Source: Candidatus Eiseniibacteriota bacterium
GTDB taxonomy: Bacteria; Eisenbacteria; RBG-16-71-46
Direction: 5' to 3'
Assembly: GCA_963717935.1 (NCBI GenBank)
Contig: CAVQXP010000004.1
Span: 1 to 64,000, forward strand
Length of the DNA stretch: 64,000 nucleotides
The notes under the pieces are model-generated. The model was not told where the DNA came from. It did not search any database and was given only the letters and a program-made list of their open reading frames with translations. Position numbers and translations under genes: made by a program. This document shows, one piece after another, positions 48,301 through 58,687 of this stretch. The stretch's first letter is position 1. Each line of letters starts with the position of its first letter.

Positions 48301-50277
48301 ATGACCAATAGTGATGGCGATCGAGAGGGCAGTTCACCAGAACCGACGTCTGGCTGGGACGGCGACTTCCCGAAGTTCGTCGGCACGCCACCTCGTGTCA
48401 TCCGAACGTGTCTTGAACGTTTCGTCAATGACGTCTCCCGCTCTCAGGTTCGAGCCTGGGACGATTCAATTCCAGCGCTCCAAAGAGAGGCTCGCGAGGT
48501 TGTGGAGACTGAAGGAAGGGCAAACGAATACACTGCAATTCTCGAGTACCAACTCCCGCTCGAATCCCGCCGAGCCGATGTAGTGCTCCTGATCTCGGAC
48601 GCTGTCATTGTCATCGAACTAAAGGGCAAGAGTCGCCCTTCCCAAGCCGACGTCGATCAGGCAGCCGCCTACGCGCGCGACCTTAGGGCGTACCACCGAG
48701 AGTGCCAGGCACGACCCGTCCATGCCGTATTGGTGCCGATGCAAGCCACCGATCGCCCTCAACGGCGGGATGACGTGTGGGTCACCGGGCCGGAATGGCT
48801 GGACTCCCTCGTCCGCCAACTCACCTCCAACTCGACTGCCGAGCCGCCGACGGTCGGAGCATTCCTGGGAATCGACGCCTACCGTCCCCTGCCGACCCTC
48901 ATCCAAGCTGCGCGAGAGTTGTTTGACTCGGGGGAAGTGCGTGAGATCTGGAAGGCCCGCGCGGTAACCGATCCGGCAGTCAGTGCGATTGCCGCCATCG
49001 CCCATGAAGCCGCGCGCACAAGGACTCGCCACCTCGTTCTCGTGACTGGCGTGCCTGGATCGGGAAAGACACTTGTGGGAATGAGAGCAGTGCACGCCCA
49101 CTTCCTCGACGATCTAGCGGTCCCCCGCACCTCTGGCAAGCCCGCCGCGGCGGGGCTGTTCCTGTCCGGAAACGGCCCTCTCGTTCAAGTACTTCAGTAC
49201 GTGATGCGTGGAGCGGGCGGAGGAGGACGCGCGTTTGTCCGCCACATCAAGGACTACCTTGACACGTATGTCCCAAAGACGGAGAAGGTGCCCCCAGAGC
49301 ATCTTCTGGTCTTTGACGAAGCCCAGCGTGCCTTCACGCCTGACAAGGTTCGCGAGCTTCACAAGAAGTGGCCGTCAGATCTGGTGAGGAGCGAGCCTCA
49401 GCACTTCGTCGATATCTGCGAGCGCATGCCCGAATGGTCGGTGCTCGTGGGGCTGATTGGCTCTGGACAAGAGATACACCTCGGCGAGGAGGGCGGACTC
49501 ACACAATGGCGGCGAGCCTTGGAGAGCTGTGGGGAGCCAAGTCGCTGGACGGTCCACGCCCCCGCGCTCATCGAAGAGACCTTTGTCGGAAGTGGTCTGA
49601 CAACGCGATGGAATCTCGCCCTCAATCTCGACACCGAACTTCGTTTCCATGCCGCTTCTGAGCTGCATGGTCTGGTCGCTGACCTTCTGGCGGCGCCTGC
49701 AGTGCCCGGCGGTAGGACAATCGTGGCGGAGCCACTTCGTTCCCCGCATGAATACGACGTCGCTGGCCTTCGACTTTGGGCAACACGCGACCTCGATCGA
49801 GCGAAGCAGTACCTGTGGAACCGCTATGCCGAACAGCCTGACGCACGGTTTGGCCTGCTCGCCTCATCACGGGACAAGCTCGTTGAGACCTTTGGCGTCG
49901 ACAACTCGTGGCAGGCAACCAAGGTCGTTCGTTACGGCCCTTGGTACACAGATGACGACACGAGCCCGCTGTCGTGCAGACGACTGGAAGCCTGCGTGAC
50001 CGAGTTCGGAGCACAAGGGCTCGAGCTCGACATGGCCCTGCTCGCTTGGGGATCAGATCTTGTGCGCGAGAACGGGCAATGGACCAACTCGCGAGCTCGG
50101 CGCTATGCGAAGGGAGAGGTGGAGCTCAAAGACCCCTATCAACTCCGGATCAACGCCTATCGAGTTCTGTTGACCCGCGGCCGTGACGGAACAATTGTCT
50201 TCGTGCCCCCCGCGCGTGAATTGGATGAGACATGGGCGTACCTGTTGGCACGAGGATTCCGAGAACTCAAGGACTAG
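48301..50277 (+). CDS. DUF2075 (Schlafen group-3-like) helicase with N-terminal PD-(D/E)XK-like nuclease
   Basis: LEY..RADVVLL..VIELKG; Walker A GVPGSGKT; VFDEAQR; TEFGAQGLELD; NAYRVLLTRGRDG; atypical codon use. Confidence 0.85.
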   Translation: MTNSDGDREGSSPEPTSGWDGDFPKFVGTPPRVIRTCLERFVNDVSRSQVRAWDDSIPALQREAREVVETEGRANEYTAILEYQLPLESRRADVVLLISDAVIVIELKGKSRPSQADVDQAAAYARDLRAYHRECQARPVHAVLVPMQATDRPQRRDDVWVTGPEWLDSLVRQLTSNSTAEPPTVGAFLGIDAYRPLPTLIQAARELFDSGEVREIWKARAVTDPAVSAIAAIAHEAARTRTRHLVLVTGVPGSGKTLVGMRAVHAHFLDDLAVPRTSGKPAAAGLFLSGNGPLVQVLQYVMRGAGGGGRAFVRHIKDYLDTYVPKTEKVPPEHLLVFDEAQRAFTPDKVRELHKKWPSDLVRSEPQHFVDICERMPEWSVLVGLIGSGQEIHLGEEGGLTQWRRALESCGEPSRWTVHAPALIEETFVGSGLTTRWNLALNLDTELRFHAASELHGLVADLLAAPAVPGGRTIVAEPLRSPHEYDVAGLRLWATRDLDRAKQYLWNRYAEQPDARFGLLASSRDKLVETFGVDNSWQATKVVRYGPWYTDDDTSPLSCRRLEACVTEFGAQGLELDMALLAWGSDLVRENGQWTNSRARRYAKGEVELKDPYQLRINAYRVLLTRGRDGTIVFVPPARELDETWAYLLARGFRELKD

Positions 50278-50278
50278 C

Positions 50279-52191
50279 CTACCCTCGCCCGCCCTTCTTC
50301 CTCTCGTCCCCCGCGCGCACCGTCCAGCCCATGCGGTCGGAGTGCTCGAGCAGGGGCACGGCGTACTTGCGGCTCACGCCGGCCAGCTCCTTGAACTCGG
50401 CCATGGTGAGCACGGCCCGCTTCGCGAAGTGATCGGCCAGCTTCGCGCGCAGGACCTTCATCTGGTGTGAGGTGTAGATCAGCTCCTGGTTCACGCGCAC
50501 CAGCCGCTCCAGGAACAGGCCGAGCGTGGCGACCTCCGCGGCAGCCGACGCCGAGCTTGCCCTGCCAGACGAGCGCGTCGGGCACGCTCATCCCGGTGGC
50601 CTCCAGGTCGGCCTCCAGCTTCTCGAGCGCGGCCCGGGTCGCGGCCGGCGGCTCCCAGGGCGAGTCGGCGGGCCGCACGCGCTGGCTGCGCACCTCGAGC
50701 CGGCCCTCCTCCTCCAGCGCGTGGAACGCGATGTCGAAGAGCGTGCCCTCCATCGCCACCTTGAGCCCGCTCTTCAGCTCGCCCTTCAGGTAGCCGAAGC
50801 GCGAGGGGTACTTGTCGGCGTAGCCGCGCACCTCGCGCTCGATGATCTCGAGCGCGCCATGCCACTTCTTCAGCGCGAGCCAGCGGTCGGGCAGCGGCAT
50901 CGCGATCTCGTGGTCCTCGAGCAGGCGAGCGAGCGCAGCCTGGGTCACGGTCTGGCTCTCCCCCACCACCTGCGCCAGCCGCGAGGTCGAGACGGGGCTG
51001 TCCTCGGCCTCGACCAGCTGCAGCAGCCGCGCCTCGAGCGAGCCGCTCTCGCGCACCTCGAGCGCGTCGAGCGCACCGTGGCGGCGGCGCTTGGCGGCCA
51101 CCGGCTCGATCACGCTGCCGCCGCCGATGGTGTGCGAGGGCGAGTAGCGGCGGATCACGAACCGGTCGCCGCGCGCGGCCACGGTCGGGCGCTCGAGGCG
51201 CACCTGCGCCAGCGCACTCGCGCCGGGGGCGACGCTCTCGCTTTCGAGCAGCACGAGCCGACCGATGATCTCGCTGGCGCCGAGGTGGAACCGCACGCGG
51301 GTGTTGGCGGGCCACTCCTTCTCCAGGTCGGCGAGCGCCTCGAAGCGCACGTCCAGGATGCTCGAGGGCCGCAGCGACCCGCCGCGCCAGCAGCCAGTCG
51401 CCGCGCTCGACCTGCTCGCGCTCGACGCCGTGCAACGCGACGGCGGTGCGCTGGCCGGCGCGCGCCTCCTCGACGGTCTGCCCGTGCACCTGCACGCGCC
51501 GCACGCGCACGGGCAGGTTCTGCGGCTGCAGCTCGAGCGTGTCGCCGGTGCGGATGCGGCCGCGCCACAGCGTGCCGGTCACCACGGTGCCGAAGCCCTC
51601 GACGGTGAAGATGCGATCCACGGGCAGGCGCGCGGGCTCGTCGGCGGGGCGCAGGGCCAGGCCCGCGAGCTGCGCGTCCATCGCCGCGAACAGCTCGGCG
51701 GTGCCGGCGCCGGTCACGGCCGAGAACTCGACCACGGGCGAGGTGGCGAAGGGCGTGCCGGCGAGCAGCGCGGCGACGTCGCGCCGGATCTCCTCGACCC
51801 AGGCGGCCTCGACCAGATCGCGCTTGGTGAGCACGATGACACCGCGCGTCACGCCGAGCAGCCGCACGATGGCGAGGTGCTCGCGGGTCTGGGGCATCAC
51901 GCCCTCGTCGGCGGCGATGACGAGCAGCACCAGGTCCACGCCGCCCACGCCGGCGAGCATGTTCTTGACGAAGCGCTCGTGCCCGGGCACGTCCACGATG
52001 CCGAGGTGCACGCCGCCGGGCGTGACGAGCGGCGCGAAGCCGAGGTCGATGGAGATGCCGCGCTTCTTCTCTTCGGGCAGCCGGTCGGTGTCCACGCCGG
52101 TCAGGCGGCGCACGAGCGCGGTCTTGCCGTGGTCGATGTGGCCGGCGGTGCCGACGATGGCAGGGCGGGTGCCGGGGGTCTCAGGGGCCAT
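50279..52191 (-). CDS. selB: Selenocysteine-specific elongation factor (frameshifts at ~51383 and ~50545)
   Basis: [50 protein letters not shown]-terminal winged helix [10 protein letters not shown]. Confidence 0.92.
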
Positions 52192-52219
52192 GTGCCGCAG
52201 TGTATACGATGAGGCCGGC

Positions 52220-52825
52220 CTACCGCCGCCCCCGTTCGAAGGCCGTCACGCCGGGGGCGAAGTCCTCGCGCACGAAGCCGTAGAGCCCGCAGTGCACCAG
52301 CCCGGCCGCGTGGAACTGGCGGTCGTAGAACGCGGGACTGCGGCGCTTCATCTCGTGGAAATCGCCGGCGATGGAGTCGGGGCGGGTGAAGAGCTCGATC
52401 CAGGCCATGCCTTCGAGCAGGCTCGCCAGCGCGCGCAGGCCGCGGCGCAACTCGCCCGCGGGCACGTAGTGCAGCACGTCGGAGCAGACGATCAGGTCGA
52501 AGGGGCCCTCGAGGCCGAGGGCACCCAGCCCGCCGAAGGTGCCGAGCCGCAGGTTGCGCCGGCGCCCGAAGCGCTGCACGGCGTACTCGCTCGAGTCCAC
52601 GCCGACGTAGCGCAGGCCGGGCCGCAGCCGCGCGAGGATGGGCTGCCACGGCCCCTCGCCGCAGCCGACGTCGAGCACGCGGCGCACCGGGCGCTGGATC
52701 AGGTACTCGGCGGCCGCGAGCGCCAGGCGCGCCTTGCGCTCGACCATGACGCCCACGTGGATGCGGGTGGCCGGGTCGCGATACCAGCGCTCGAAGTAGT
52801 CGCGGTCGTAGCGCTTGACGGTCAC
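52220..52825 (-). CDS. Class I SAM-dependent methyltransferase
   Basis: [26 protein letters not shown]. Confidence 0.85.
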   Translation of the reverse strand: MTVKRYDRDYFERWYRDPATRIHVGVMVERKARLALAAAEYLIQRPVRRVLDVGCGEGPWQPILARLRPGLRYVGVDSSEYAVQRFGRRRNLRLGTFGGLGALGLEGPFDLIVCSDVLHYVPAGELRRGLRALASLLEGMAWIELFTRPDSIAGDFHEMKRRSPAFYDRQFHAAGLVHCGLYGFVREDFAPGVTAFERGRR

Positions 52826-52854
52826 GGAGTCAGCGGGGCGGGAGCAGCGCGGCG

Positions 52855-54117
52855 CTACGCCGCGGGCTCCCGGATGCGCTTCACGTCCGCCCCGAGCGCC
52901 GCGAGCTTCCGCTCGATGGCCTCGTAGCCGCGGTCGAGGTGATAGACGCGCGAGATCTTCGTCTCGCCCTCGGCGACGAGCGCCGCGATCACCAGCGCCG
53001 CGCTGGCGCGGATGTCGGTCGCCATGACGGGGGCGCCCGACAGGCGCTCGACGCCCTTCACGATGGCGACGTTGTTCTGCATGTGCACGTCGGCCCCGAG
53101 CCGCACGAGCTCCGGCACGTGGCTGAAGCGGTCCAGGTAGATGGTGTCGGTGATGGTGCTGGTGCCGTCGGCGACCGCGCACAGGGCCATGATCTGCGCC
53201 TGCATGTCGGTGGGGAAGCCGGGGAACGGCTCGGTCACGACGTTCAGCGCGGCGGGCCGCACGGGTCCGCGGATCGTGACCTCGCGCGCGCCGGGGAGCA
53301 CCTCGCAGCCGGCCTGCTCGAGCACGCGCAGCGTGGCCCCCAGGTGCGCGGGCTCGCAGTTCGCGACCGCCAGGCTGCTGCCGGTGATGGCGGCGGCCGC
53401 AAGGAACGTGGCGCCCTCGACGCGGTCGGGGATGATGGCGGTCTCGATCGGCCACAGGTGCTTCACGCCGCGGATGGTCAGTTGCCGCGAGCCGATGCCC
53501 TCGATCTCGGCGCCGCACTGCACCAGCACCTCGGCGAGCGCGGTGACGTCGGGCTCGATGGCCACGTTGTCGAGCGTGGTGACGCCCTCGGCGAGCACCG
53601 CGGCCATCATCAGCTGCGCGGTCGCACCGACCGAGACCATGCCGAAGTGGAAGTCGGCGCCCTTGAGCCGCACGTCGCGCCCGACGACGTAGCCGTGCTC
53701 GATCTCGAGGTTCGCGTTCATCGCGTTGAGGCCCTCGAGGTGCAGGTTGATGGGGCGCGGTCCCCAGGCGCAGCCACCGGGCAGCGAGACGCGTGCGGCG
53801 CCGAAGCGCGCGAGCAGGGGGCCCAGCACGTAGACGCTGGCGCGCATGGTGCGCACCAGGTCGTAGGGCGCCTCGACCGAGGCGACGTTGGTGGTGTCCA
53901 CGACACACGTGTGGTCGTGGAAGGCCACCTTCGCCCCGAGGGTCTCGAGCACGCGGGCCATGGTGCGCGTGTCGGACAGCAGGGGTATGTTGCGCAGCGT
54001 GTGCACGCCGGAGGTGAGCAGCGTGGCGGCCATGAGCGGCAGGGCCGCGTTCTTCGCCCCGCTGATCTCCACGCGGCCGGAGAGCCGCTGCCCCCCGCGA
54101 ATGATCAGGGCGTCCAT
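52855..54117 (-). CDS. murA: UDP-N-acetylglucosamine 1-carboxyvinyltransferase
   Basis: [24 protein letters not shown] (active Cys), [15 protein letters not shown]. Confidence 0.97.
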   Translation of the reverse strand: MDALIIRGGQRLSGRVEISGAKNAALPLMAATLLTSGVHTLRNIPLLSDTRTMARVLETLGAKVAFHDHTCVVDTTNVASVEAPYDLVRTMRASVYVLGPLLARFGAARVSLPGGCAWGPRPINLHLEGLNAMNANLEIEHGYVVGRDVRLKGADFHFGMVSVGATAQLMMAAVLAEGVTTLDNVAIEPDVTALAEVLVQCGAEIEGIGSRQLTIRGVKHLWPIETAIIPDRVEGATFLAAAAITGSSLAVANCEPAHLGATLRVLEQAGCEVLPGAREVTIRGPVRPAALNVVTEPFPGFPTDMQAQIMALCAVADGTSTITDTIYLDRFSHVPELVRLGADVHMQNNVAIVKGVERLSGAPVMATDIRASAALVIAALVAEGETKISRVYHLDRGYEAIERKLAALGADVKRIREPAA

Positions 54118-54404
54118 GGTCTTGGGCCTCGCATGTTCCGGAGAGGTGGGATCGAGGGTGCGCGAATCCGGCCTGGGCGACGCGACATCCATGTGCAGGT
54201 CCTCTGCTGCGGCCGATGGCCATCCATGGCCAGGGCCCGTGACGTTCCCGGGTGCGGCAAGCCGATTATGCGAGTGCGGGGGCGCGCGCGCAAGGCGCGC
54301 GCCCCGGGGTGCGTGGAATCCGGCGGCGCGGAGCCGTATCATCGCGGTGCGGACCGGCCGGAGGCCATCACCCCCAGCATTCCCCGAGATCCTGGAGAAC
54401 CATC

Positions 54405-55337
54405 ATGCCGAGACTCGCGCTCCTCGCCCTGCTGTTCACGCTCCTGCCAGCCGGCGCCGCCGTCGCCGCCCCCGTCGCCACCGCGAGCCCCGTCCGGCTC
54501 GCACCGGCCGAGGCCGATTCGCTGACGCAGGCCATCCTCAAGGACCGCGCCGAGACCGAGCAGTGGCTCAAGAGCGGCGAGAATTCGTACCTGGCGACGA
54601 TCCAGCGCGTGGACTTCGGCACGAGGACGACGCTCACGATCGGCCGCGCCGCGGACAACCACGTCTGCATCGCCGACCCGACGGTCTCGCCCCACCACCT
54701 GCTCGTCTCGGTGACGGGGGACTCGTTCTATGTCGCGGCGGTGGATCCCGGCGTGGCCTTCAGGGCGAAGACCAGCGTCCTGGCCCATGCCACCGTGGCC
54801 CCGAGCAGCGTCGAGATCGGGCGCTTCACGCTGCGTCTGTCGCACCAGCGTTTCCCGGCCATCATCGTCTTCGACCGGCAGAGCCCGCGCTTCGCCGAGT
54901 ACAAGGGGCTGACGTGGTTCCCGGTGGACCTCTCTTACCGCTACGTGCTGGAGCTCAGGGCGAAGTCGAAGCCGGACACGGTGATCATCCAGTCGACCCG
55001 CGGGAACCGGCGCCGCGCGGTGCGCGTGGGCTGGTTCGACTTCATGGTCGGCAAGACGCGCTGCCGGCTCGAGGCGACGCGGCTGCTGGAGCCGGGCGTG
55101 GGCGAGAACGACATCTCGGTCTTCTTCCGCGACGCCACCACCGGCAAGGAGACGTATCCGACGGGCCGCTACGTGGACCCCGTGCGGCTGCCGGACGGGC
55201 GCTACCTGCTCGACCTGAACCTCTGCTACAACCCCGCCTGCGCCGTCTCGGAGCACTACAACTGCCCGATCCCGCCCCGGGCGAACGTGCTCAAGGTGCC
55301 AATCCGCGCGGGCGAGATGGACTCGCACTACCACTAG
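54405..55337 (+). CDS. DUF1684 domain secreted protein
   Basis: Signal peptide; FRDATTGKETYPTGRY, LDLNLCYNPACA..YNCPIPP..N, IRAGE. Confidence 0.88.
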   Translation: MPRLALLALLFTLLPAGAAVAAPVATASPVRLAPAEADSLTQAILKDRAETEQWLKSGENSYLATIQRVDFGTRTTLTIGRAADNHVCIADPTVSPHHLLVSVTGDSFYVAAVDPGVAFRAKTSVLAHATVAPSSVEIGRFTLRLSHQRFPAIIVFDRQSPRFAEYKGLTWFPVDLSYRYVLELRAKSKPDTVIIQSTRGNRRRAVRVGWFDFMVGKTRCRLEATRLLEPGVGENDISVFFRDATTGKETYPTGRYVDPVRLPDGRYLLDLNLCYNPACAVSEHYNCPIPPRANVLKVPIRAGEMDSHYH

Positions 55338-55406
55338 CCTGGACGATTGTGACCGAAATGTGACCGAGCCGGTCCCCGGCGGCATCGTCGACGCGAGGTG
55401 CGGCGG

Positions 55407-56462
55407 CTAGCGGATCCCCAGCCGTTCCTCGACCTCGCGCGTGGCCGCCGGGATGCCGGCGTCGTAGCCGGCGACCGTCGGCTCGAGTTCGGCGCGCGTG
55501 CGCACGCCGGCATGCACCAGGTTGCAGGCGATCACGCCCTGCACGGTCAGGCCGGCCGCCTTGCGCCAGGTGCCGTTGATGAGGCCGTCCTCGATCATGC
55601 AGTCGAAGCGCATGGGCAGCGCGGGATGCGGCGCGCGCCAGCCCGTCTCCTCGAGCGCCTTCACCATCACCGGCACGTCCCAGGGGACGTAGCGCGACAG
55701 GGTGACACGCCCGATGGCGGGCACGCGCGGCGCCCGCCGGAACTGGTTCGCGACCGGCGGAACGTGGAACTCGAGCCGCAGCCGCAGCAGGTGCCAGACC
55801 GCGAGCGCCAGGTGCCACAGCATGCCCGGCCACTGCGCGGGGCGGGTCTGCCGGAGCGCGCGCTTCACGCCCGCGAGCTTCGGGCCGCGCTTCAGGTGCA
55901 GCTTGTCCTCGAAGATGTTGTGCGAGCCGAGGATCGCCGGGACCCGCTCGCGGAGCGCGGCGCGCAGCAGCACCGCCTCGATGGCCGGTCCGCAGAACAC
56001 GCACACGGCCCAGTAGAGCCCGGTGGGCCGGAACGCGAGCGCCATGTGCCGGACGTAGAGCGCGTCGTGCCGCCCCCTGCTGCGCACGATCTCGAGGTCC
56101 ACGCCGAGGCTGGCGCACAGCGCCCGCACGTTGCGGTCGGCACCCTCGTGATTGAACCCGTGGTCGTACTTGACCACGAGCGGGTTCAGCCCCAGCAGGC
56201 GCTTCGCGATCCAGATGACGTAGGACGAATCGAGCCCGCCCGAGCCGCCGATCACGCAGTCGTAGCGCCCCTTGCGCTGCGCGCGCCACCGGGCGGCCTG
56301 CCGCCGGAGGTCCTCGAGGCCCGAGGTGAGGTGCGCGGCGAGCTCTTCGCCGATGCGGCTCTGGTGGCAGACCGAGCAGCGGCCGTCGGCCTCGAGGGTC
56401 ACGCCGGGGAAGTCGGTCGTGAAGAAACAGGCGGAGCAGCGGCCGGGCGGCGCGGAATCCAT
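55407..56462 (-). CDS. PP-loop adenine-nucleotide alpha-hydrolase, N-acetyl sugar amidotransferase-like
   Basis: N-terminal CSAC..CSVC, YDCVIGGSGGLDSSY, YDHGF, CVFC, FDC. Confidence 0.75.
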   Translation of the reverse strand: MDSAPPGRCSACFFTTDFPGVTLEADGRCSVCHQSRIGEELAAHLTSGLEDLRRQAARWRAQRKGRYDCVIGGSGGLDSSYVIWIAKRLLGLNPLVVKYDHGFNHEGADRNVRALCASLGVDLEIVRSRGRHDALYVRHMALAFRPTGLYWAVCVFCGPAIEAVLLRAALRERVPAILGSHNIFEDKLHLKRGPKLAGVKRALRQTRPAQWPGMLWHLALAVWHLLRLRLEFHVPPVANQFRRAPRVPAIGRVTLSRYVPWDVPVMVKALEETGWRAPHPALPMRFDCMIEDGLINGTWRKAAGLTVQGVIACNLVHAGVRTRAELEPTVAGYDAGIPAATREVEERLGIR

Positions 56463-56545
56463 GGCGCGGGACTATGCGGCCTGCGGGCGGCCGGTGACAA
56501 GGACGACGCGCGGTTCATCCCCGCGCCGCACGGCGCCGACGGACC

Positions 56546-57418
56546 TCAGCGGATGCCGGCGGTGCGCGCCAGCAGGTAGCGGGGCCGTCGGGCCAGGTCG
56601 TCGCGGACCTCGACCTCCTGCCATCCGGGAGCGCCCCGGAGCCAGCCGGCGGCCTGGTGCGTGCGGTCCTCGGCGAGCTCGAGCGCGAGCAGACCGCGGG
56701 CGACGAGGCGGCGCGCGGCCTGGTCGACGATCTCGCGCGCGTCGTCCAGCCCGCTCGCGCCGGACAAGAGCGCCTGCCGCGGCTCGAACGACCGCACGTC
56801 CTCGGGCAGGTCGTCCCATTCGCCGGTCGCGATGTAGGGCGGGTTCGAGACCACGACTTCGAAACGCTCCTCCGCGTCGACGGCCTCGAACCAGTGGCCG
56901 GCGAGGAAGCGAACGCGTCCGGCGAGTCCCAGTGCGGCCGCGTTGGCGCGCGCCACCTCGAGCGTTCCCACGCTCGCGTCGGTCGCCGTGACGACGGCGG
57001 CCGGCCACTCGGCCGCAAGGGCGAGGGCGAGGGCGCCGGAGCCCGTGCCCAGGTCGAGCACGCGCGGCGCGGGCCAGCGCGCGGCTTCGGCACGCAGGAC
57101 CTCGAGCACGGCCTCGGCCAGTCCCTCGGTCTCGGGGCGTGGGATGAGCACGCGGGGATCCACGGCGAGATCGAGATCCCGGAACGCGGCGCGCCCGGTG
57201 ACGTACTGCACGGGCTCGTGCAGGGCGCGGCGAGCGAGCCAGGCTGCGAACCGGGCCGATTCGACGGACGTGAGGACGCGCGCGCCCAGCAGATGGAGCT
57301 GCGCGCGCGACACGCCGAGCAGGCGGCTCAGCAGCTCCTCGGCATCGCTGCGGGGCGTGGGCGAGGACGCGAGCGCGGCGAGCGCGGAGCGGAGCGCGGA
57401 GGCGACGGTGGGCTGCAC
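56546..57418 (-). CDS. prmC: Release factor glutamine methyltransferase (start GTG 57418 or ATG 57430)
   Basis: EPVQYVTG, VLIPRPETE, LDLGTGSG, SNPPYI. Confidence 0.95.
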   Translation of the reverse strand: MQPTVASALRSALAALASSPTPRSDAEELLSRLLGVSRAQLHLLGARVLTSVESARFAAWLARRALHEPVQYVTGRAAFRDLDLAVDPRVLIPRPETEGLAEAVLEVLRAEAARWPAPRVLDLGTGSGALALALAAEWPAAVVTATDASVGTLEVARANAAALGLAGRVRFLAGHWFEAVDAEERFEVVVSNPPYIATGEWDDLPEDVRSFEPRQALLSGASGLDDAREIVDQAARRLVARGLLALELAEDRTHQAAGWLRGAPGWQEVEVRDDLARRPRYLLARTAGIR

Positions 57419-57577
57419 GGGCGCCAGCATAGCGGCCCGGAGCGGCGGCTCCAATGACGCGGCGGGGGCCGGCGGGGCCGGGACGGCCACGTGGGGGCGC
57501 CGGCGGGGTGGGCGCGGAGGACGGCTGGTCACCCGCACGCTCGCCCTCCGCCCCAGGAGCCCGCCTCGCCGGCGAAG

Positions 57578-57874
57578 CTAACGCGACTCCATCACGAGCG
57601 CGTCGAACAGCATGTAACCACAGCAGGCGACGGCACCCACGATCGTGGCGACCTGGGTGCCCGCGGTGGCGATGCTGGCGCGCACGAAGATCCCGCAGCC
57701 GATGGAGGCCAGCGCGCCGAGCGCGGTGTCGGGGTGCACCGTGGGCCGATCGATCAGGGTCCTCTGCCCGCCCGGCACCGGCGCGGTGCCGCCGTCCTGC
57801 GCGAGCGCGGCCGGCGGCAGCAGCGCGAGCGCGGCGATCAGCGCGAACGGCGCGAGTGAACGTTTCCAGCGCAT
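57578..57874 (-). CDS. Secreted Cys-containing hydrophobic peptide B (98 aa)
   Basis: SD GGGAG; signal peptide ALA|QD; C-terminal Gly/Ala-rich hairpin with C-x23-CC. Confidence 0.75.
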   Translation of the reverse strand: MRWKRSLAPFALIAALALLPPAALAQDGGTAPVPGGQRTLIDRPTVHPDTALGALASIGCGIFVRASIATAGTQVATIVGAVACCGYMLFDALVMESR

Positions 57875-57888
57875 GGTGGGGTCTCCCT

Positions 57889-58113
57889 TCAGTCGTTGCT
57901 GGTCAGAAACGCGTGGATGCAGACGAGCGTGGTGTAGAAGACGCTCGCCGGTACCGCGACCATGAAGACGATGGAGCCAGCGCAGGCGATGTACTTCACG
58001 GCCGTGCTGACCCCGCTCGGCGCCGCAGTCCTGACACCGGCCCGCGGCGTCGCCGGCGCGAGCGCGAGCATGACCGCCAGCGCCAGCGCCACGATCCCCC
58101 TCTTCCTCCACAT
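57889..58113 (-). CDS. Secreted Cys-containing hydrophobic peptide A (74 aa)
   Basis: SD GGAGGAGG; MWRKRG plus hydrophobic signal; C-terminal hairpin with C-x20-C. Confidence 0.7.
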   Translation of the reverse strand: MWRKRGIVALALAVMLALAPATPRAGVRTAAPSGVSTAVKYIACAGSIVFMVAVPASVFYTTLVCIHAFLTSND

Positions 58114-58225
58114 CCCTCCTCCTCCGGGAGCGCGGGGGGCCACTCGGACGATCCTGCGGGGGCAAGGCTTCCGCCGGCCGCCGCGACCCGCCGGCTCGAC
58201 GCGTGCGGCCTGTCGCGCGCGAGGC

Positions 58226-58687
58226 TCAGTCGGGGAGCCGCGTGCGCACGTAACGGCCGCGGGGGTCGAAACAGAGCACTTCCCCGTACACGCGGTGGCC
58301 CCAGCGCCGGCGCCAGTCGCCGCGTACGTCCCACCACACCGGGGCGGCCCGGAGCGCGTCGATCGTGGACGCACCGGGCCGGCGCGGCGTGTCCACGATG
58401 AGCGCACCCACGCGCAGGCCAGTGCGCGGACGGGCGGCCAGCCGCGCGAGCGCCTGCAGGCAGTGCGGGCAGTCCGGGTTCACCGCGACCAGCCAGGTGC
58501 CGGCGCTCGAGTCGGCCGTGGCCGCGCACACGAGCACGAGCGGCGCGCCGAGACCGGGCGTCTGCCAGACGCGGGTGCGGTCGAGGTGCCAGAGCCAGCC
58601 CAGAGCGGCAAGTGCGGCCCCGACGAGCGCCCAGCCCGCCCAGCCGGCGAGGCGCCGGTCCCGCGAGACGCCGGGCGCGCGCTTCAT
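58226..58687 (-). CDS. Membrane-anchored thioredoxin-like protein (CPHC)
   Basis: N-terminal TM, WLVAVNPDCPHC, C-terminal GEVLCFDPRGRY (redoxin-like); ATG overlaps the upstream stop. Confidence 0.72.
   Translation of the reverse strand: MKRAPGVSRDRRLAGWAGWALVGAALAALGWLWHLDRTRVWQTPGLGAPLVLVCAATADSSAGTWLVAVNPDCPHCLQALARLAARPRTGLRVGALIVDTPRRPGASTIDALRAAPVWWDVRGDWRRRWGHRVYGEVLCFDPRGRYVRTRLPD

Noticed and set aside
53755..53790. Fosfomycin-resistant MurA or streptomycin-resistant S12
   Set aside because: MurA retains the active-site Cys (GGCAWG), and S12 retains the wild-type PKKPNS and RVKDLP lysines.
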